Positions 1-9,427 of a DNA stretch of 64,000 nt are shown here, in pieces. The position numbers and the translations under genes were made by a program. The stretch is from Thermoanaerobaculia bacterium (GTDB lineage: Bacteria; Acidobacteriota; Thermoanaerobaculia; UBA5066): the NCBI GenBank assembly GCA_963719225.1, contig CAVRAY010000001.1:2848001-2912000 (forward strand), written 5' to 3'. The notes beneath the pieces were generated by a model, which was given only the letters and a program-made list of their open reading frames with translations, made no database searches and had not been told where the DNA came from. The first letter of the stretch is position 1, and each line of letters begins with the position of its first letter.

Positions 1-46
1 CGCAGAACGCAAGAACAGCGGAAACGGCCATCGTCGTTTTCTTCAT
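1..46 (-). CDS. 5' end of a secreted protein running off the window (MKKTTMAVSAVLAFC...)
   Basis: ATG at 46 (minus) preceded by GGAGG; basic N-terminus then a hydrophobic stretch, signal-peptide-like. Confidence 0.6.
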   Translation of the reverse strand, partial: MKKTTMAVSAVLAFC

Positions 47-110
47 GTCGTTCCTCCACTTTCGTCGCAGGAGAGCCTGAGTGCACGGGAAAGGATATCC
101 CTAATTTGAA

Positions 111-2234
111 TCATTGCGTCCGAAGCCGCGTCGCGGCCTCGCGGAACTCGTCGAGGAGCTCCTGGAGCCGGCCCTCCTCACCTTCCGCGGGCCGGAGGCC
201 GCCGAAAGACTCGCGGACGTAAGCGCGCACGATCGCTTCCGCGGGACGCGCGGCACGAGGTCCGAGCGCGGCCGCCGCGGCGAGAGTCTCGGCCGGCACG
301 GACGCAGGGGTGAGCGGCGCGCCGGACCGATGAAGCGCCTTCTGGAGGCGCCGGTACGCGGCCGACGCGGGCGCCAGGCCCCGAGTCCTCCAGCGTGCGC
401 CGCCCAGCCGCCGCCGGAAGAAAGCGAGCGCGAGGAGGAGCGCCACGCCCGCCGTGACGGCGACCACCTCGCTCCCGGGGAGACCCTTCCCTCCGCGCGC
501 GCGCCGAAGCACGTCGAACGCGCCGCCCGCCGCTTCCCGGATCCTCCTCAGAAGCTCGACCTGGTCGCCTTGGCCGAACGAGAGGATGAAGCGGTCGTAG
601 AAGAACTCCAGCCCGTCCGTCACCTGGCGCAGGCGCTGCGAGACGGGTACGCGTTCGAGACCCGGCTGGCCCGTTTTCGGCGTCGGATCGAAGGTAAGCC
701 AGCCTTTCGACGCCCCGCACCAGACCTCGACCCACGCATGGACGTTCTGCCCTCGGACGAGGACGTATCGTCCGAAAGCGCCGACCTCTCCGCCGAGGAA
801 GCCCGTCACGAACCGCGTCGGGACGCCCACTTCACGCAGAAGGAGCGCCATCGCCGTCGCGAACGTCTGGCAATGGCCCTTGCGCCGAGTCGCGACGAAA
901 TCCTCGACGGCGTTCGGGCCGCGCGGCTGGAGATCCAGCTCGTAGTCCCAGTTCCTCAAGGCCTCCTCGATCTTGCCGGCCGCGGCCTCGGGATCGCTCG
1001 CGGGATCGATGCCAGCCAGCGTCTCGAGCGCGAAGGCGCGCAGCGTTCCGGAGCCGCCGGCCGTACCGGCCTCGACGAGGTCGCCGGGCTCGAGGTCGGG
1101 GACCGGCCGGATCCCGTACAGGACCGTGTACTGGATGGTGCGGTCGGGCTCCGTCGGCATCCGCACGTTGCGCGTCGCGTCCCGTTCGACGTAGGCGAGG
1201 TTCGGATTCCGGAACGAGCCCTCCGCGAGGCGGAGAGCATTGCCGAGAAGCGGATACGGAAGGGTGCGCGTCTGAATCGGCGTGAGGTCGATCGTCATCG
1301 CGGCGCCTCCCGACGCCGCGCGTGCGCCCGACGCGAGAGAGATGAGCGCGCCTTTTCCCGCAGGCAGAATGGTGGCCCCGCGCTCGCGCGTTTTCTTCCA
1401 GACGCCGCCCTCCCAACGCGAGAGCGCGAGCGTGCGCAGCCTCAGGATGGTCGCCGCGCCCTCGCCGAGCGGCTCGTCGCTCGTGATCCTCAGGAAGACC
1501 CGCTCGTTGCGCTTGAGGGCTCCGAAGAGATCCGGGTCCACGCTCTCCGAAAATCCCGTCGTGATCTCACGCCCGGCCTCCGAGCCCCTGACGTACGGGG
1601 TCTTGAGACGCGGAAGGAAGAGAAAGAGCGGCACCGAGATGACCACCGTCGACAGCACCGACGTGAACAGCGGCCCGCGACCCGGCAGCTCGCGCGCCGC
1701 GCGGTCGCGAGCCCATTCCTCCGGGGCGGCGGCGAGGTCGCGCCAGAGCGCCCACTTCACGAGGACCGCCCAGCCGACGAAGGCGACGAGGAGGACATAG
1801 AGGAGGATCGCGTAATGAAAGGAGGTCGACACGGAGGCGACGAACAGCATTCCCGAAAGGACGAGCGCGAGGGAGAGGTCGCGCTCCTTTCGGATCGCCG
1901 CGAGCTTGAACAGGTTCGTGAAGAGCAGGAGGTGGAGCATCGTCTTCAACAGCGTATGGCTCCCGAAGCGGACGTCGGCGACGATCACGGGGAGGTAGAG
2001 GATCCCGGCGAGATTCAGGGCGCGGTTCGAGAGTCGCGGAACGCGGCCGCTGCGCACGCGCAGGAGAAACGCGCCGAGCGTGCCGAGGTAGACGAGGAGG
2101 ACGAAAAGCTCGAGCGCGTTGGTGAAGAACAGGGGAATGGGGGCGAGAAGCGCGAGGGACCCGAGCGCGAGGAGGCGCTCCTTGAGAAACGGGATCGGCT
2201 CTTCCCCCGCCGCGGGAGCCGCACGCGCGGTCAC
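111..2234 (-). CDS. TgpA-like transglutaminase (DUF3488 membrane domain plus transglutaminase domain)
   Basis: Multi-TM N-terminus; GHCQTFA, HAWVE and FDPTP catalytic motifs; follows DUF58 and MoxR. Confidence 0.9.
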   Translation of the reverse strand: MTARAAPAAGEEPIPFLKERLLALGSLALLAPIPLFFTNALELFVLLVYLGTLGAFLLRVRSGRVPRLSNRALNLAGILYLPVIVADVRFGSHTLLKTMLHLLLFTNLFKLAAIRKERDLSLALVLSGMLFVASVSTSFHYAILLYVLLVAFVGWAVLVKWALWRDLAAAPEEWARDRAARELPGRGPLFTSVLSTVVISVPLFLFLPRLKTPYVRGSEAGREITTGFSESVDPDLFGALKRNERVFLRITSDEPLGEGAATILRLRTLALSRWEGGVWKKTRERGATILPAGKGALISLASGARAASGGAAMTIDLTPIQTRTLPYPLLGNALRLAEGSFRNPNLAYVERDATRNVRMPTEPDRTIQYTVLYGIRPVPDLEPGDLVEAGTAGGSGTLRAFALETLAGIDPASDPEAAAGKIEEALRNWDYELDLQPRGPNAVEDFVATRRKGHCQTFATAMALLLREVGVPTRFVTGFLGGEVGAFGRYVLVRGQNVHAWVEVWCGASKGWLTFDPTPKTGQPGLERVPVSQRLRQVTDGLEFFYDRFILSFGQGDQVELLRRIREAAGGAFDVLRRARGGKGLPGSEVVAVTAGVALLLALAFFRRRLGGARWRTRGLAPASAAYRRLQKALHRSGAPLTPASVPAETLAAAAALGPRAARPAEAIVRAYVRESFGGLRPAEGEEGRLQELLDEFREAATRLRTQ

Positions 2235-3253
2235 GCGGCTCTCTCCGGTCCGCGTCCCGCACGAAAAACGGCGACAGAGGCAGGAATGACGGAGGGCGGC
2301 CGCGCCGCATCGCCGCCGGACTCGACGAGGGCGAGTGCGCGCAGCAAGCCGCGCCGGTGCGCGGGTCCGGAACCGGGCGGAACGATCGTGCCTCCGAGCA
2401 GGAGTCCCACCCGGCTTCCGCGCGCGAGGAGCCGCAGCGCGAGCCCCGCGGCCTCGGAGACGGAACGCTCGAAGGCCTCGGTCCAGGGGGCATCCGCCTC
2501 CGGCGGGCGGTACGTCTCGAGGGCGACGAGCGCGTCGCGGCCTTCCTCGGAGGCGCGCTCCTTGATGATGAACTTTCCCTGGCGTGCCGTCTGGGGCCAG
2601 TGGACGTCGCGTGGGTCGTCACCGAATCCCGCTTCGCGCAGATTGCGGATCTCCGCTCCGCGCCCTCTCCGCCGGTCGCGGGGATCGCCGCCCTCCGCTT
2701 CCCGCGGGTCGGGCGGGACGTACGGCACCGCCGCAGGGGCCGGATACACGAGGCGCTCGTCCTCGAGCGGGTGGACGCGGCCCTTCCGGAAGAGGCCGAT
2801 CGGATAGCCGCTGTAGAGGAGAAGCGACTCGATCGACCGCCGGCCCCGCTTCGGAAAGACGAGGTCCACTCCGCGCTCGGCGGGACGGCCGGGATCGAGG
2901 CGGCCGAAGAGGATCGGCGCCGAAGCGCTCGAGATCTTCACGAGGAGGCCGCGCCGCGGGAGGCGCCCGAAATTCGTGAGCCGGAGCGTGAAGCGCACCG
3001 GCACGCCCGCGAAGATCTCCGCCGGGCCCTCGAGCTCGACGGCGACGTTTTCCACGTTCCGGCGCGAGATGACGCCCGAGACCACCAGCGCGCCGAGAAA
3101 AAGCGACACGAGGATGTAGAGGCCGTTGTTGCCGGTGTTCGTCGCGGCCACGGCGACGACGAGCGTCAGGAGGATGAACCCCAACCCCAGGTTCGTGACC
3201 CTCACGAGGATGCCCGGGTGGAGGAGCTTCTTCAGGCGCGCGGCGAAGACCAC
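2231..3253 (-). CDS. DUF58 domain protein
   Basis: ATNTGNNGLY, GDDPRDVHWPQTARQG motifs; GTG 3253 chosen because it lies just after the moxR stop. Confidence 0.85.
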   Translation of the reverse strand: MVFAARLKKLLHPGILVRVTNLGLGFILLTLVVAVAATNTGNNGLYILVSLFLGALVVSGVISRRNVENVAVELEGPAEIFAGVPVRFTLRLTNFGRLPRRGLLVKISSASAPILFGRLDPGRPAERGVDLVFPKRGRRSIESLLLYSGYPIGLFRKGRVHPLEDERLVYPAPAAVPYVPPDPREAEGGDPRDRRRGRGAEIRNLREAGFGDDPRDVHWPQTARQGKFIIKERASEEGRDALVALETYRPPEADAPWTEAFERSVSEAAGLALRLLARGSRVGLLLGGTIVPPGSGPAHRRGLLRALALVESGGDAARPPSVIPASVAVFRAGRGPERAA

Positions 3254-3257
3254 GGGC

Positions 3258-4244
3258 TCACAGGGGGACGGGCGTCTCGTCGAGAATGCGTTGGATCGCG
3301 TCGCGCTCGCGCCGTCCGCTCCCCCCGCCGTCCCACGCTCCCGGCTGTGAGGCGAGAACCCGATGAGCGAGCGTCGCGACGGCGACGCGTTTGACGTCGT
3401 CCGGCGTGGCATAGGGCCGGCCCGAGACGAGAGCGCGCGCCTGCACCGCGCGGAAAAAGCCCTGCGAGCCGCGCGGCGAGACCCCGAGGAGGAGATCCTT
3501 GCCGTTCCGGGTGCGAGAGACGATCGCGAGGATGTAATCCATGAGCTTGTCGGCGACCGTGACGCGCTCGGTCGCGGACTGCGCGGCGGCCAGCTCCTCG
3601 AGCGTGAGCGCCGGCGCGAGCGTCGCCAGGACGCGGTCGGCGCCGCCGGAGAGGAGGAGGCGTCTCTCGTCCTCCCGCGCGGGATAACCGAGCGAGATGC
3701 GCATGAGGAAGCGGTCGAGCTGCGACTCGGGCAGCGGGTACGTGCCGAGGTACTCGACCGGATTCTGCGTCGCGAGGACGAGGAACGGCTCCGGTAGCGG
3801 CCGGGTGACGCTGTCGGAGGACACGGCGCGCTCGCTCATCGCCTGCAGCAGCGCCGCCTGCGTCTTCGGCGTCGCGCGGTTGATCTCGTCGGCCAGGAGC
3901 ACCGGAGTGAACACGGGACCCGGATGGAACTCGAACTCCTGCGTCCGGACGTTGAAGACCGTGAGGCCGAGAATGTCGGAGGGCAGGGTGTCCGGCGTGA
4001 ACTGCACGCGGTGGACGCCGACGCCGAGAGCCTTTCCGAGGGCCGAGGCGAGCGTCGTCTTGCCCACGCCGGGAACGTCTTCGATCAGGAGATGGCCGCG
4101 CGCGAGGAGGCACACGACCGCGTCCTCGACGGCCGCCGCCGGCCCGCGGTAGGCCATGCGAACGGTGGCGACGAGCCGCCCGAGAGACGCGAGGATCGTC
4201 GCCGTCGGCGTGTTCGCCGCGGAAGACGTCCGGGCGTCGGTCAT
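3258..4244 (-). CDS. MoxR family AAA+ ATPase
   Basis: HLLIEDVPGVGKT, LLADEINRA, ATQNP and LPESQLDRF motifs; ATG 4244 overlaps the manC stop (ATGA). Confidence 0.93.
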   Translation of the reverse strand: MTDARTSSAANTPTATILASLGRLVATVRMAYRGPAAAVEDAVVCLLARGHLLIEDVPGVGKTTLASALGKALGVGVHRVQFTPDTLPSDILGLTVFNVRTQEFEFHPGPVFTPVLLADEINRATPKTQAALLQAMSERAVSSDSVTRPLPEPFLVLATQNPVEYLGTYPLPESQLDRFLMRISLGYPAREDERRLLLSGGADRVLATLAPALTLEELAAAQSATERVTVADKLMDYILAIVSRTRNGKDLLLGVSPRGSQGFFRAVQARALVSGRPYATPDDVKRVAVATLAHRVLASQPGAWDGGGSGRRERDAIQRILDETPVPL

Positions 4245-5398
4245 CGCGAAAGTCCCTCTTCCACGCTCCGGCGAAGGGCGTCCGAGGCGCCCCGGCGCAT
4301 GACGAGCACGCCGTCCTTGGAGTCCACGACCGCGACGTCCGACAACCCGACGACGCGCACGGGCCGCCCTTCGGCGAGGACGAGGTTGCCGGAACCTTCC
4401 ACCGCGGCAGCGGGGCCTTCGAGCACGTTCCGGCCCGAAGCTCCACCCCGGAACTCGAAGACCGCTTCCCACGAGCCGAGGTCGCTCCAGCCGCACGCGC
4501 AGGGGACCGTGAGCACCTCACGAGCCTTTTCCATGACGGCGACGTCGAAGGAGACGGAGGGGGATGAAGAGAAGATTTCTGCGAATAAAGACGAAGAGGA
4601 AGAGGGGGTTTCTTCGAAGGTGGAAGAACCAGCTCTTCGAGCGGCATGTGCGCGGCGAGCGATGTTCAGGATATCGGGACACGCCCTCTCCATTTCTTCG
4701 AAGAGCAGCGAGGCCCGGAACACGAAGATGCCGGCGTTCCAATAGAAGCGGCCGGAGGCGAGGAATTGCTGGGCGCGCGCCAGGTCTGGCTTCTCGATGA
4801 ACCGTACGACACGTCGTGCCGCGGCTCCCCCTCCCCTCTTCCCATTCTCAGAAATCTTTTCTTTATTCCCTTTTTCTTCAGCAGAAATTTTTTCTTTCTC
4901 TTCTTCTTCTTCGACCTCCATGTACCCGAATCCCGTTTCGGCGCGCGTTGGCGGAATGCCGAGCGTGACGAAGGCGTCGTGCGTGTGCGCCGCGTCCGCC
5001 GCCGCGCGCAGGCCGGCGAGAAATGCCGCCTCGTCGCGCACGGCCTGGTCGGAGGGAAGGACGGCGAGAACGGCGCCCGGCTCGCCCTCCGATGCGGCAA
5101 GCGCGGAGAGCGCGATCGCGGGCGCCGTGTTGCGCCGCACGGGCTCGAGGACGAAGTGCGACCGCGCCACCTCGGGCAGCTCGGCGAAGAGGAGCGCGGC
5201 GTGGGCGGCTCGCCCGGAAATGAAAACGTTCCCGGCGCCGGCAAGGGCGATCGCGCGCCGAAACGTCTGCTTCAGGAGTGATTCGCCGCCCGTCAGCGCG
5301 AGGAAAGGCTTCGGACGCTCGTTCGTCGAGCGCGGCCACAGGCGCGTGCCGCTGCCGCCGGCGAGGATGAGCGCGCGGAGGCTCCCAGGGTGAGACAT
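4241..5398 (-). CDS. manC: Mannose-1-phosphate guanylyltransferase with two low-complexity insertions
   Basis: ILAGGSGTRLWPRS, EPVRRNTAPAI, TGFGY, RFIEKP, WNAGIF and WSDLGSW motifs. Confidence 0.9.
   Translation of the reverse strand: MSHPGSLRALILAGGSGTRLWPRSTNERPKPFLALTGGESLLKQTFRRAIALAGAGNVFISGRAAHAALLFAELPEVARSHFVLEPVRRNTAPAIALSALAASEGEPGAVLAVLPSDQAVRDEAAFLAGLRAAADAAHTHDAFVTLGIPPTRAETGFGYMEVEEEEEKEKISAEEKGNKEKISENGKRGGGAAARRVVRFIEKPDLARAQQFLASGRFYWNAGIFVFRASLLFEEMERACPDILNIARRAHAARRAGSSTFEETPSSSSSLFAEIFSSSPSVSFDVAVMEKAREVLTVPCACGWSDLGSWEAVFEFRGGASGRNVLEGPAAAVEGSGNLVLAEGRPVRVVGLSDVAVVDSKDGVLVMRRGASDALRRSVEEGLSR
4567..4860. repeat. Degenerate copies of the dispersed TTCTWAGAA motif inside manC
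   Basis: GAAGATTTCTGCGAA (about 4571), GTTTCTTCGAAGGTGGAA (about 4608), CATTCTCAGAAATCTTTT (about 4843). Confidence 0.5.
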
Positions 5399-5432
5399 CC
5401 AGAGGATTGTACGGGGCCGAAGATCGTCTAGC

Positions 5433-5461
5433 CGGGGGGAACCATTCTATGGTTCCCCCCG
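5433..5461. repeat. Strong 13-bp stem-loop (REP-like or terminator-like)
   Basis: CGGGGGGAACCAT-TCT-ATGGTTCCCCCCG just downstream of the substrate-binding protein gene; no U-tract. Confidence 0.65.
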
Positions 5462-5471
5462 CGCCCCCCTC

Positions 5472-6620
5472 CTAGGGATCGATGTTCGTGATGAAGATCG
5501 GCTTGCCGCCCTCGACTTTCATCATCACGGCGCTCTTGACGGGGTCGCCCGATCCCGCCGGGAACGTCATCTTCCCCGTCACGCCTTCGAACTCCCGGAT
5601 TTTCGAGAGCGCGTCCCGGATCGATTCGCGGTCCGGTTTCGCCGCGCCTGGGAGCGCCTTGGCGAGCAACATGAAGGAGTCGTACGTCAGGGCGGCCACG
5701 TCGTCCGGCGTCTGGGAGTACTTGTTCCGGTACCGCGTCACGAACTTCGCGACGGCATCCACGCGCGCTTCCGGCGCGTAGTGGTTGCAGAACGTCGCGC
5801 CTTCGGCATCCGGTCCGCTCAGCTTGACGAGCTCAGGGCTGCTCCAGTTGTCGCTGCCCAGAAACGGCACGTTGATGCCGAGCTTGTGAGCCTGCTGGAG
5901 CTGCAGCGGAACCTCGTTGTAGTAACTGGGAAGGAAAACGAGATCGGGCGACGCAGCCTTGATCCGGCCGAGCTGCGAGGTGAACTCCTTGTCCCCCGTC
6001 TTGTAGGTTTCGAAGGCGACGACCTTGCCGCCCGCTTCCTCGAAGTCCTTCTTGAAGAGCTCTGCCTGGCTTTTTGGCGCCTCCGAGTCTGGGTCGTAGA
6101 GAACGGCAGCTTTCGTGGCTCGCAGGTAGCCGGTCGCAAACTTCGCGAGGACGTGTCCCTCGAAGGCATCGGTGAAGCAGGCGCGGAAGACCCACCTCTT
6201 TCTGGCCGTGGTTTTCGGGTTCGTGGACCACGGCGAGATCATGGTGACCTTCGCATCCTCGGCCACCTGCGCGGCGGGCACGGCGCCGAGGCTCGCATTC
6301 GGACCCACGATGGCGAGGACCTTGTCATCCTTCGCGAGGCGCTTCGCGGCCTCCACGGCCTCCCCCGCGGACCCCTTGCTGTCTTCCATCACCAGCCGGA
6401 TCTGATGGGACGTCCCGGCGACTTTCACCCCGCCCGCCCCATTGAGCTTGGCCACGGCCATTTCCGCCGCGTTCTTGCACGAGACTCCGACGGCGGGGAT
6501 GTCGCCGCTCAACTCGGCGATCACGCCGACGCTCAGGACGGGGAGCTCCTTCTTGCCGCAGGCCCCGGACAGGGCTGCAGCGGAGAGGAGAAACAGGCAG
6601 AGTGTCGAATGTCTTTTCAT
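5472..6620 (-). CDS. Branched-chain amino acid ABC substrate-binding lipoprotein (LivJ/LivK family)
   Basis: Lipobox LSGAC; VFRACFTDAFEG, DFTSQL-like, AALTYDS and FEGVTGKMTF motifs. Confidence 0.9.
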   Translation of the reverse strand: MKRHSTLCLFLLSAAALSGACGKKELPVLSVGVIAELSGDIPAVGVSCKNAAEMAVAKLNGAGGVKVAGTSHQIRLVMEDSKGSAGEAVEAAKRLAKDDKVLAIVGPNASLGAVPAAQVAEDAKVTMISPWSTNPKTTARKRWVFRACFTDAFEGHVLAKFATGYLRATKAAVLYDPDSEAPKSQAELFKKDFEEAGGKVVAFETYKTGDKEFTSQLGRIKAASPDLVFLPSYYNEVPLQLQQAHKLGINVPFLGSDNWSSPELVKLSGPDAEGATFCNHYAPEARVDAVAKFVTRYRNKYSQTPDDVAALTYDSFMLLAKALPGAAKPDRESIRDALSKIREFEGVTGKMTFPAGSGDPVKSAVMMKVEGGKPIFITNIDP

Positions 6621-7516
6621 GGAGGTGTCCTCCCGAGCACTTTAATCTCCGGGACCAGCTCGATGCCAAATCGTCCTTTCACGGCTTCCATCATTTCATC
6701 CATCAGCCCCGTGACGTCCGCCGCCGTCGCTCCCCCGAGATTGACGATGACGTTCGCGTGAACGGGCGAGATTTCCGCGCCCCCGATGCGGCGCCCCTTC
6801 AGGCCGCAATCCTCCAGCAGCCTGCCCGCGAAGAGTCCGGGCGGGTTCTTGAAGATCGATCCCGCGTTCGGCTGTTTCGGGAGCGCCCCTCTTCTCTTCG
6901 CGGTCACCTCGTGGATGCGCGCCGCGATGACGTCCGGGGCCTTGGGGACGAGCCGCAGCGCGGCGCCGGAGATGACGTCCTCCGACTCGCAGAGAGCGGT
7001 CCAGCGGTAGGCGTGAAGGATCTCCGACGCTGGGACCGTCCGGCGCTCGCCCCGAGTCGAGACGAGATCAACCGCGACGAGCACTTCGAAGATCTCCGAG
7101 CCGTAGGAGCCTGCGTTGATCCTCACGGCTCCCCCGAGCGAAGACGGGATGCCCGATAGATTCTCGAGCCCGGACAGCCCCGCTTTCTGAGTCGCCATGG
7201 CGAGCGACATCAGAGACACACCGCTGCCCGCGACGACATCCGGAGGCGCGATCCGCGTCGCCAGGAAGTCACCCGCGAGTGTGAAAACGACTCCGGGGAA
7301 GCCCACGTCCGGGACGAGGAGGTTGGAGCCTTTCCCGAGCGCCAGGCTCGGAATTCTCTCCGTCCGGCACGCGGCGAGGAGGGCCGCGAGCGCGTCCGCG
7401 TCGTGGACCTCGACGAAGTACCGTGCCGGACCGCCGATCCGGAGCGTCGTCCGTCCTGAGAGAGGAACGTTCTCGCGCACGGTGGCGCGCATTCCGCTCA
7501 GGGCCTCTTCGATCAT
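6617..7516 (-). CDS. murB: UDP-N-acetylenolpyruvoylglucosamine reductase
   Basis: TTLRIGGPA, GKGSNLL, GIPSSLGGAVRINAG, PNAGSIFKNP and HANVIVN motifs; ATG 7516 overlaps the pgpA stop. Confidence 0.95.
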   Translation of the reverse strand: MIEEALSGMRATVRENVPLSGRTTLRIGGPARYFVEVHDADALAALLAACRTERIPSLALGKGSNLLVPDVGFPGVVFTLAGDFLATRIAPPDVVAGSGVSLMSLAMATQKAGLSGLENLSGIPSSLGGAVRINAGSYGSEIFEVLVAVDLVSTRGERRTVPASEILHAYRWTALCESEDVISGAALRLVPKAPDVIAARIHEVTAKRRGALPKQPNAGSIFKNPPGLFAGRLLEDCGLKGRRIGGAEISPVHANVIVNLGGATAADVTGLMDEMMEAVKGRFGIELVPEIKVLGRTPP

Positions 7517-8073
7517 CGCGTCACGACGAGGGCGGTGCCGACGAAGACCGCGGCGATCACGCCCGCCACGACGTCGTCCGCCATGATTCCCCAGCCGTGC
7601 GGCAGGCGCTCGAGCGCGGCGATGGGTCCAGGCTTCCAGACGTCGAGGATGCGAAAGATCAGAAACGAAGACAGGGCGGCGCCGATTCGCAGTGCGTGGG
7701 CTCCTTGAGGCACGAGCGCCCAAACCGGAACAAGCGCGATCGACTGCCCCGCGACCTCGTCCACGACGATCTCCGGCGGGTCGACTCGGCCGCGCAGGCG
7801 TGCCGTCTCGCCTGCGGCGTGAACGCCGATCAGGGCGACCCCGAGGGCGAAACCGAAAAGGCCCCCCGCGCCCGCGAAAGCCGCCACGAGAGACGCGAGG
7901 GGAATCGCCACGAGGCTTGCCCACGTTCCCGGCGCCGCGGGCAGGAACCCGGTCCCGAACCACGTCGCCACGAGCGTCGTCACGCGCGAGGCCGCGAAGA
8001 CGTCGGGCCAGGGGCGAAGATTCTCTTGCGTTTCGCGGATATCGGACCTAACTTGCACGCGTTCCTTCCGCAC
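7513..8073 (-). CDS. pgpA: Phosphatidylglycerophosphatase A
   Basis: APGTWAS, DPPEIVVDEVAG, FRILDVWKP and GIMADDVVAG motifs; start position uncertain. Confidence 0.92.
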   Translation of the reverse strand: MRKERVQVRSDIRETQENLRPWPDVFAASRVTTLVATWFGTGFLPAAPGTWASLVAIPLASLVAAFAGAGGLFGFALGVALIGVHAAGETARLRGRVDPPEIVVDEVAGQSIALVPVWALVPQGAHALRIGAALSSFLIFRILDVWKPGPIAALERLPHGWGIMADDVVAGVIAAVFVGTALVVTR

Positions 8074-8102
8074 GGCGACGCCATCCTAGGCCGATTCGCC
8101 GC

Positions 8103-8198
8103 GTTTTCGGACTTCTTAGAAGGGTGAGTGAAGTCGGGGCGGCGTGTCTCGCCTCGGCCGAACAAGAACGCGCTGCGTTCATTCACCTTCTAAGAAAA
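8103..8198. repeat. Inverted pair of the dispersed motif between pgpA and recA
   Basis: TTCTTAGAAGGGTGAGTGAA (8113-8132) and TTCATTCACCTTCTAAGAA (8178-8196). Confidence 0.85.
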
Positions 8199-8277
8199 GC
8201 TCCGCCGCCCGATGCGAAAGTCAAGCTAATCGAGTTTCCCAGAAACCTATATATTTGCCACGCTTGAAGGAGACCCA

Positions 8278-9423
8278 ATGGTCGAAGCGAACAAGGAAAA
8301 GCTCAAGGCGCTCGAGCAGGCCGTCCAGCAGATCGACAAGCAGTTCGGAAAAGGCGCGCTCGTCCGTCTCGGCGACAAGCCCCACGAAGTCATCCAATCC
8401 ATCTCCACAGGCTCGATCGGCGTCGACTCCGCGCTCGGGATCGGGGGCATCCCCCGGGGCCGGGTCATCGAGGTCTTCGGGCCCGAGTCCTCCGGCAAGA
8501 CCACCCTGACCCTGCACGTCATCGCCGAGGCGCAGAAGCACGGCGGGCTCGCGGCATTCATCGACGCCGAGCACGCCCTCGACCCCGATTACGCCAAGAA
8601 GCTCGGCGTCGACGTCGACAACCTCATGGTGTCGCAGCCCGACTCGGGCGAGCAGGCGCTCGAGATCGCCGAAGCGCTCGTCCGCTCGGCCGCCATCGAC
8701 GTGGTCGTCATCGATTCCGTCGCCGCGCTCGTTCCGAAAGCCGAGCTCGAGGGCGAGATGGGCGACGCCTCGATGGGTCTGCAGGCACGACTCATGTCCC
8801 AGGCTCTCCGAAAGCTCACCGCCGTCGTCTCGAAGTCGAAGACCACTCTCATCTTCATCAACCAGATCCGCGAGAAGATCGGCGTGATGTTCGGGAACCC
8901 CGAGACGACGACGGGCGGCCGGGCCCTGAAGTTCTATTCGTCGGTGCGCATCGACATCCGGCGCATCAACGCGATCAAGGACGGCGAGGTCGTCGTCGGC
9001 AGCCGGACGAAGGTCAAGGTCGTCAAGAACAAGGTGGCGCCCCCGTTCCGCATCGCCGAGTTCGACATCGCGTACGGCGAAGGCATCTCGAAGACGGGGG
9101 AGCTGGTCGACATCGGCGTCGAGATGAAGATCATCGAAAAGTCGGGGGCGTGGTTCAGTTACGGCGACCTTCGCATCGGCCAGGGTCGGGAGAACACGAA
9201 GCAGTTCTTTCGCGAAAACCCGGACGTGGCCGGCGAGGTCGAGAGAAAGATCCGGGCGAACCTCGGACTTCCGACGGGCGACGTCCTCGGCGCTCCGGTC
9301 CCGGCCGGCGGGCCGTCTTCCGCCGAGCCGAAACCCGCAAAGTCCGCGGCCCCGGGCGAAAAAAAAGAGGTGAAATCGGGCCGGCGGGGCAAACCCTGGA
9401 GGCCCTTCGTTCGTCTCATGTGA
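8278..9423 (+). CDS. recA: Recombinase A
   Basis: [29 protein letters not shown] and [12 protein letters not shown] motifs; SD AAGGAG. Confidence 0.99.
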   Translation: MVEANKEKLKALEQAVQQIDKQFGKGALVRLGDKPHEVIQSISTGSIGVDSALGIGGIPRGRVIEVFGPESSGKTTLTLHVIAEAQKHGGLAAFIDAEHALDPDYAKKLGVDVDNLMVSQPDSGEQALEIAEALVRSAAIDVVVIDSVAALVPKAELEGEMGDASMGLQARLMSQALRKLTAVVSKSKTTLIFINQIREKIGVMFGNPETTTGGRALKFYSSVRIDIRRINAIKDGEVVVGSRTKVKVVKNKVAPPFRIAEFDIAYGEGISKTGELVDIGVEMKIIEKSGAWFSYGDLRIGQGRENTKQFFRENPDVAGEVERKIRANLGLPTGDVLGAPVPAGGPSSAEPKPAKSAAPGEKKEVKSGRRGKPWRPFVRLM

Positions 9424-9427
9424 GGTC

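Noticed and set aside
114-2807. Long ORFs antisense or out of frame to real genes (e.g. 114-2807, 11285-13864, 20311-22125, 40181-42997, 57553-60717)
   Set aside because: Arg/Ala/Pro-rich shadows expected at this GC content; each overlaps a gene with clear family motifs.
8160-8200. LexA box upstream of recA
   Set aside because: GAAC/GTTC words are present, but not with the spacing of any SOS box I know.
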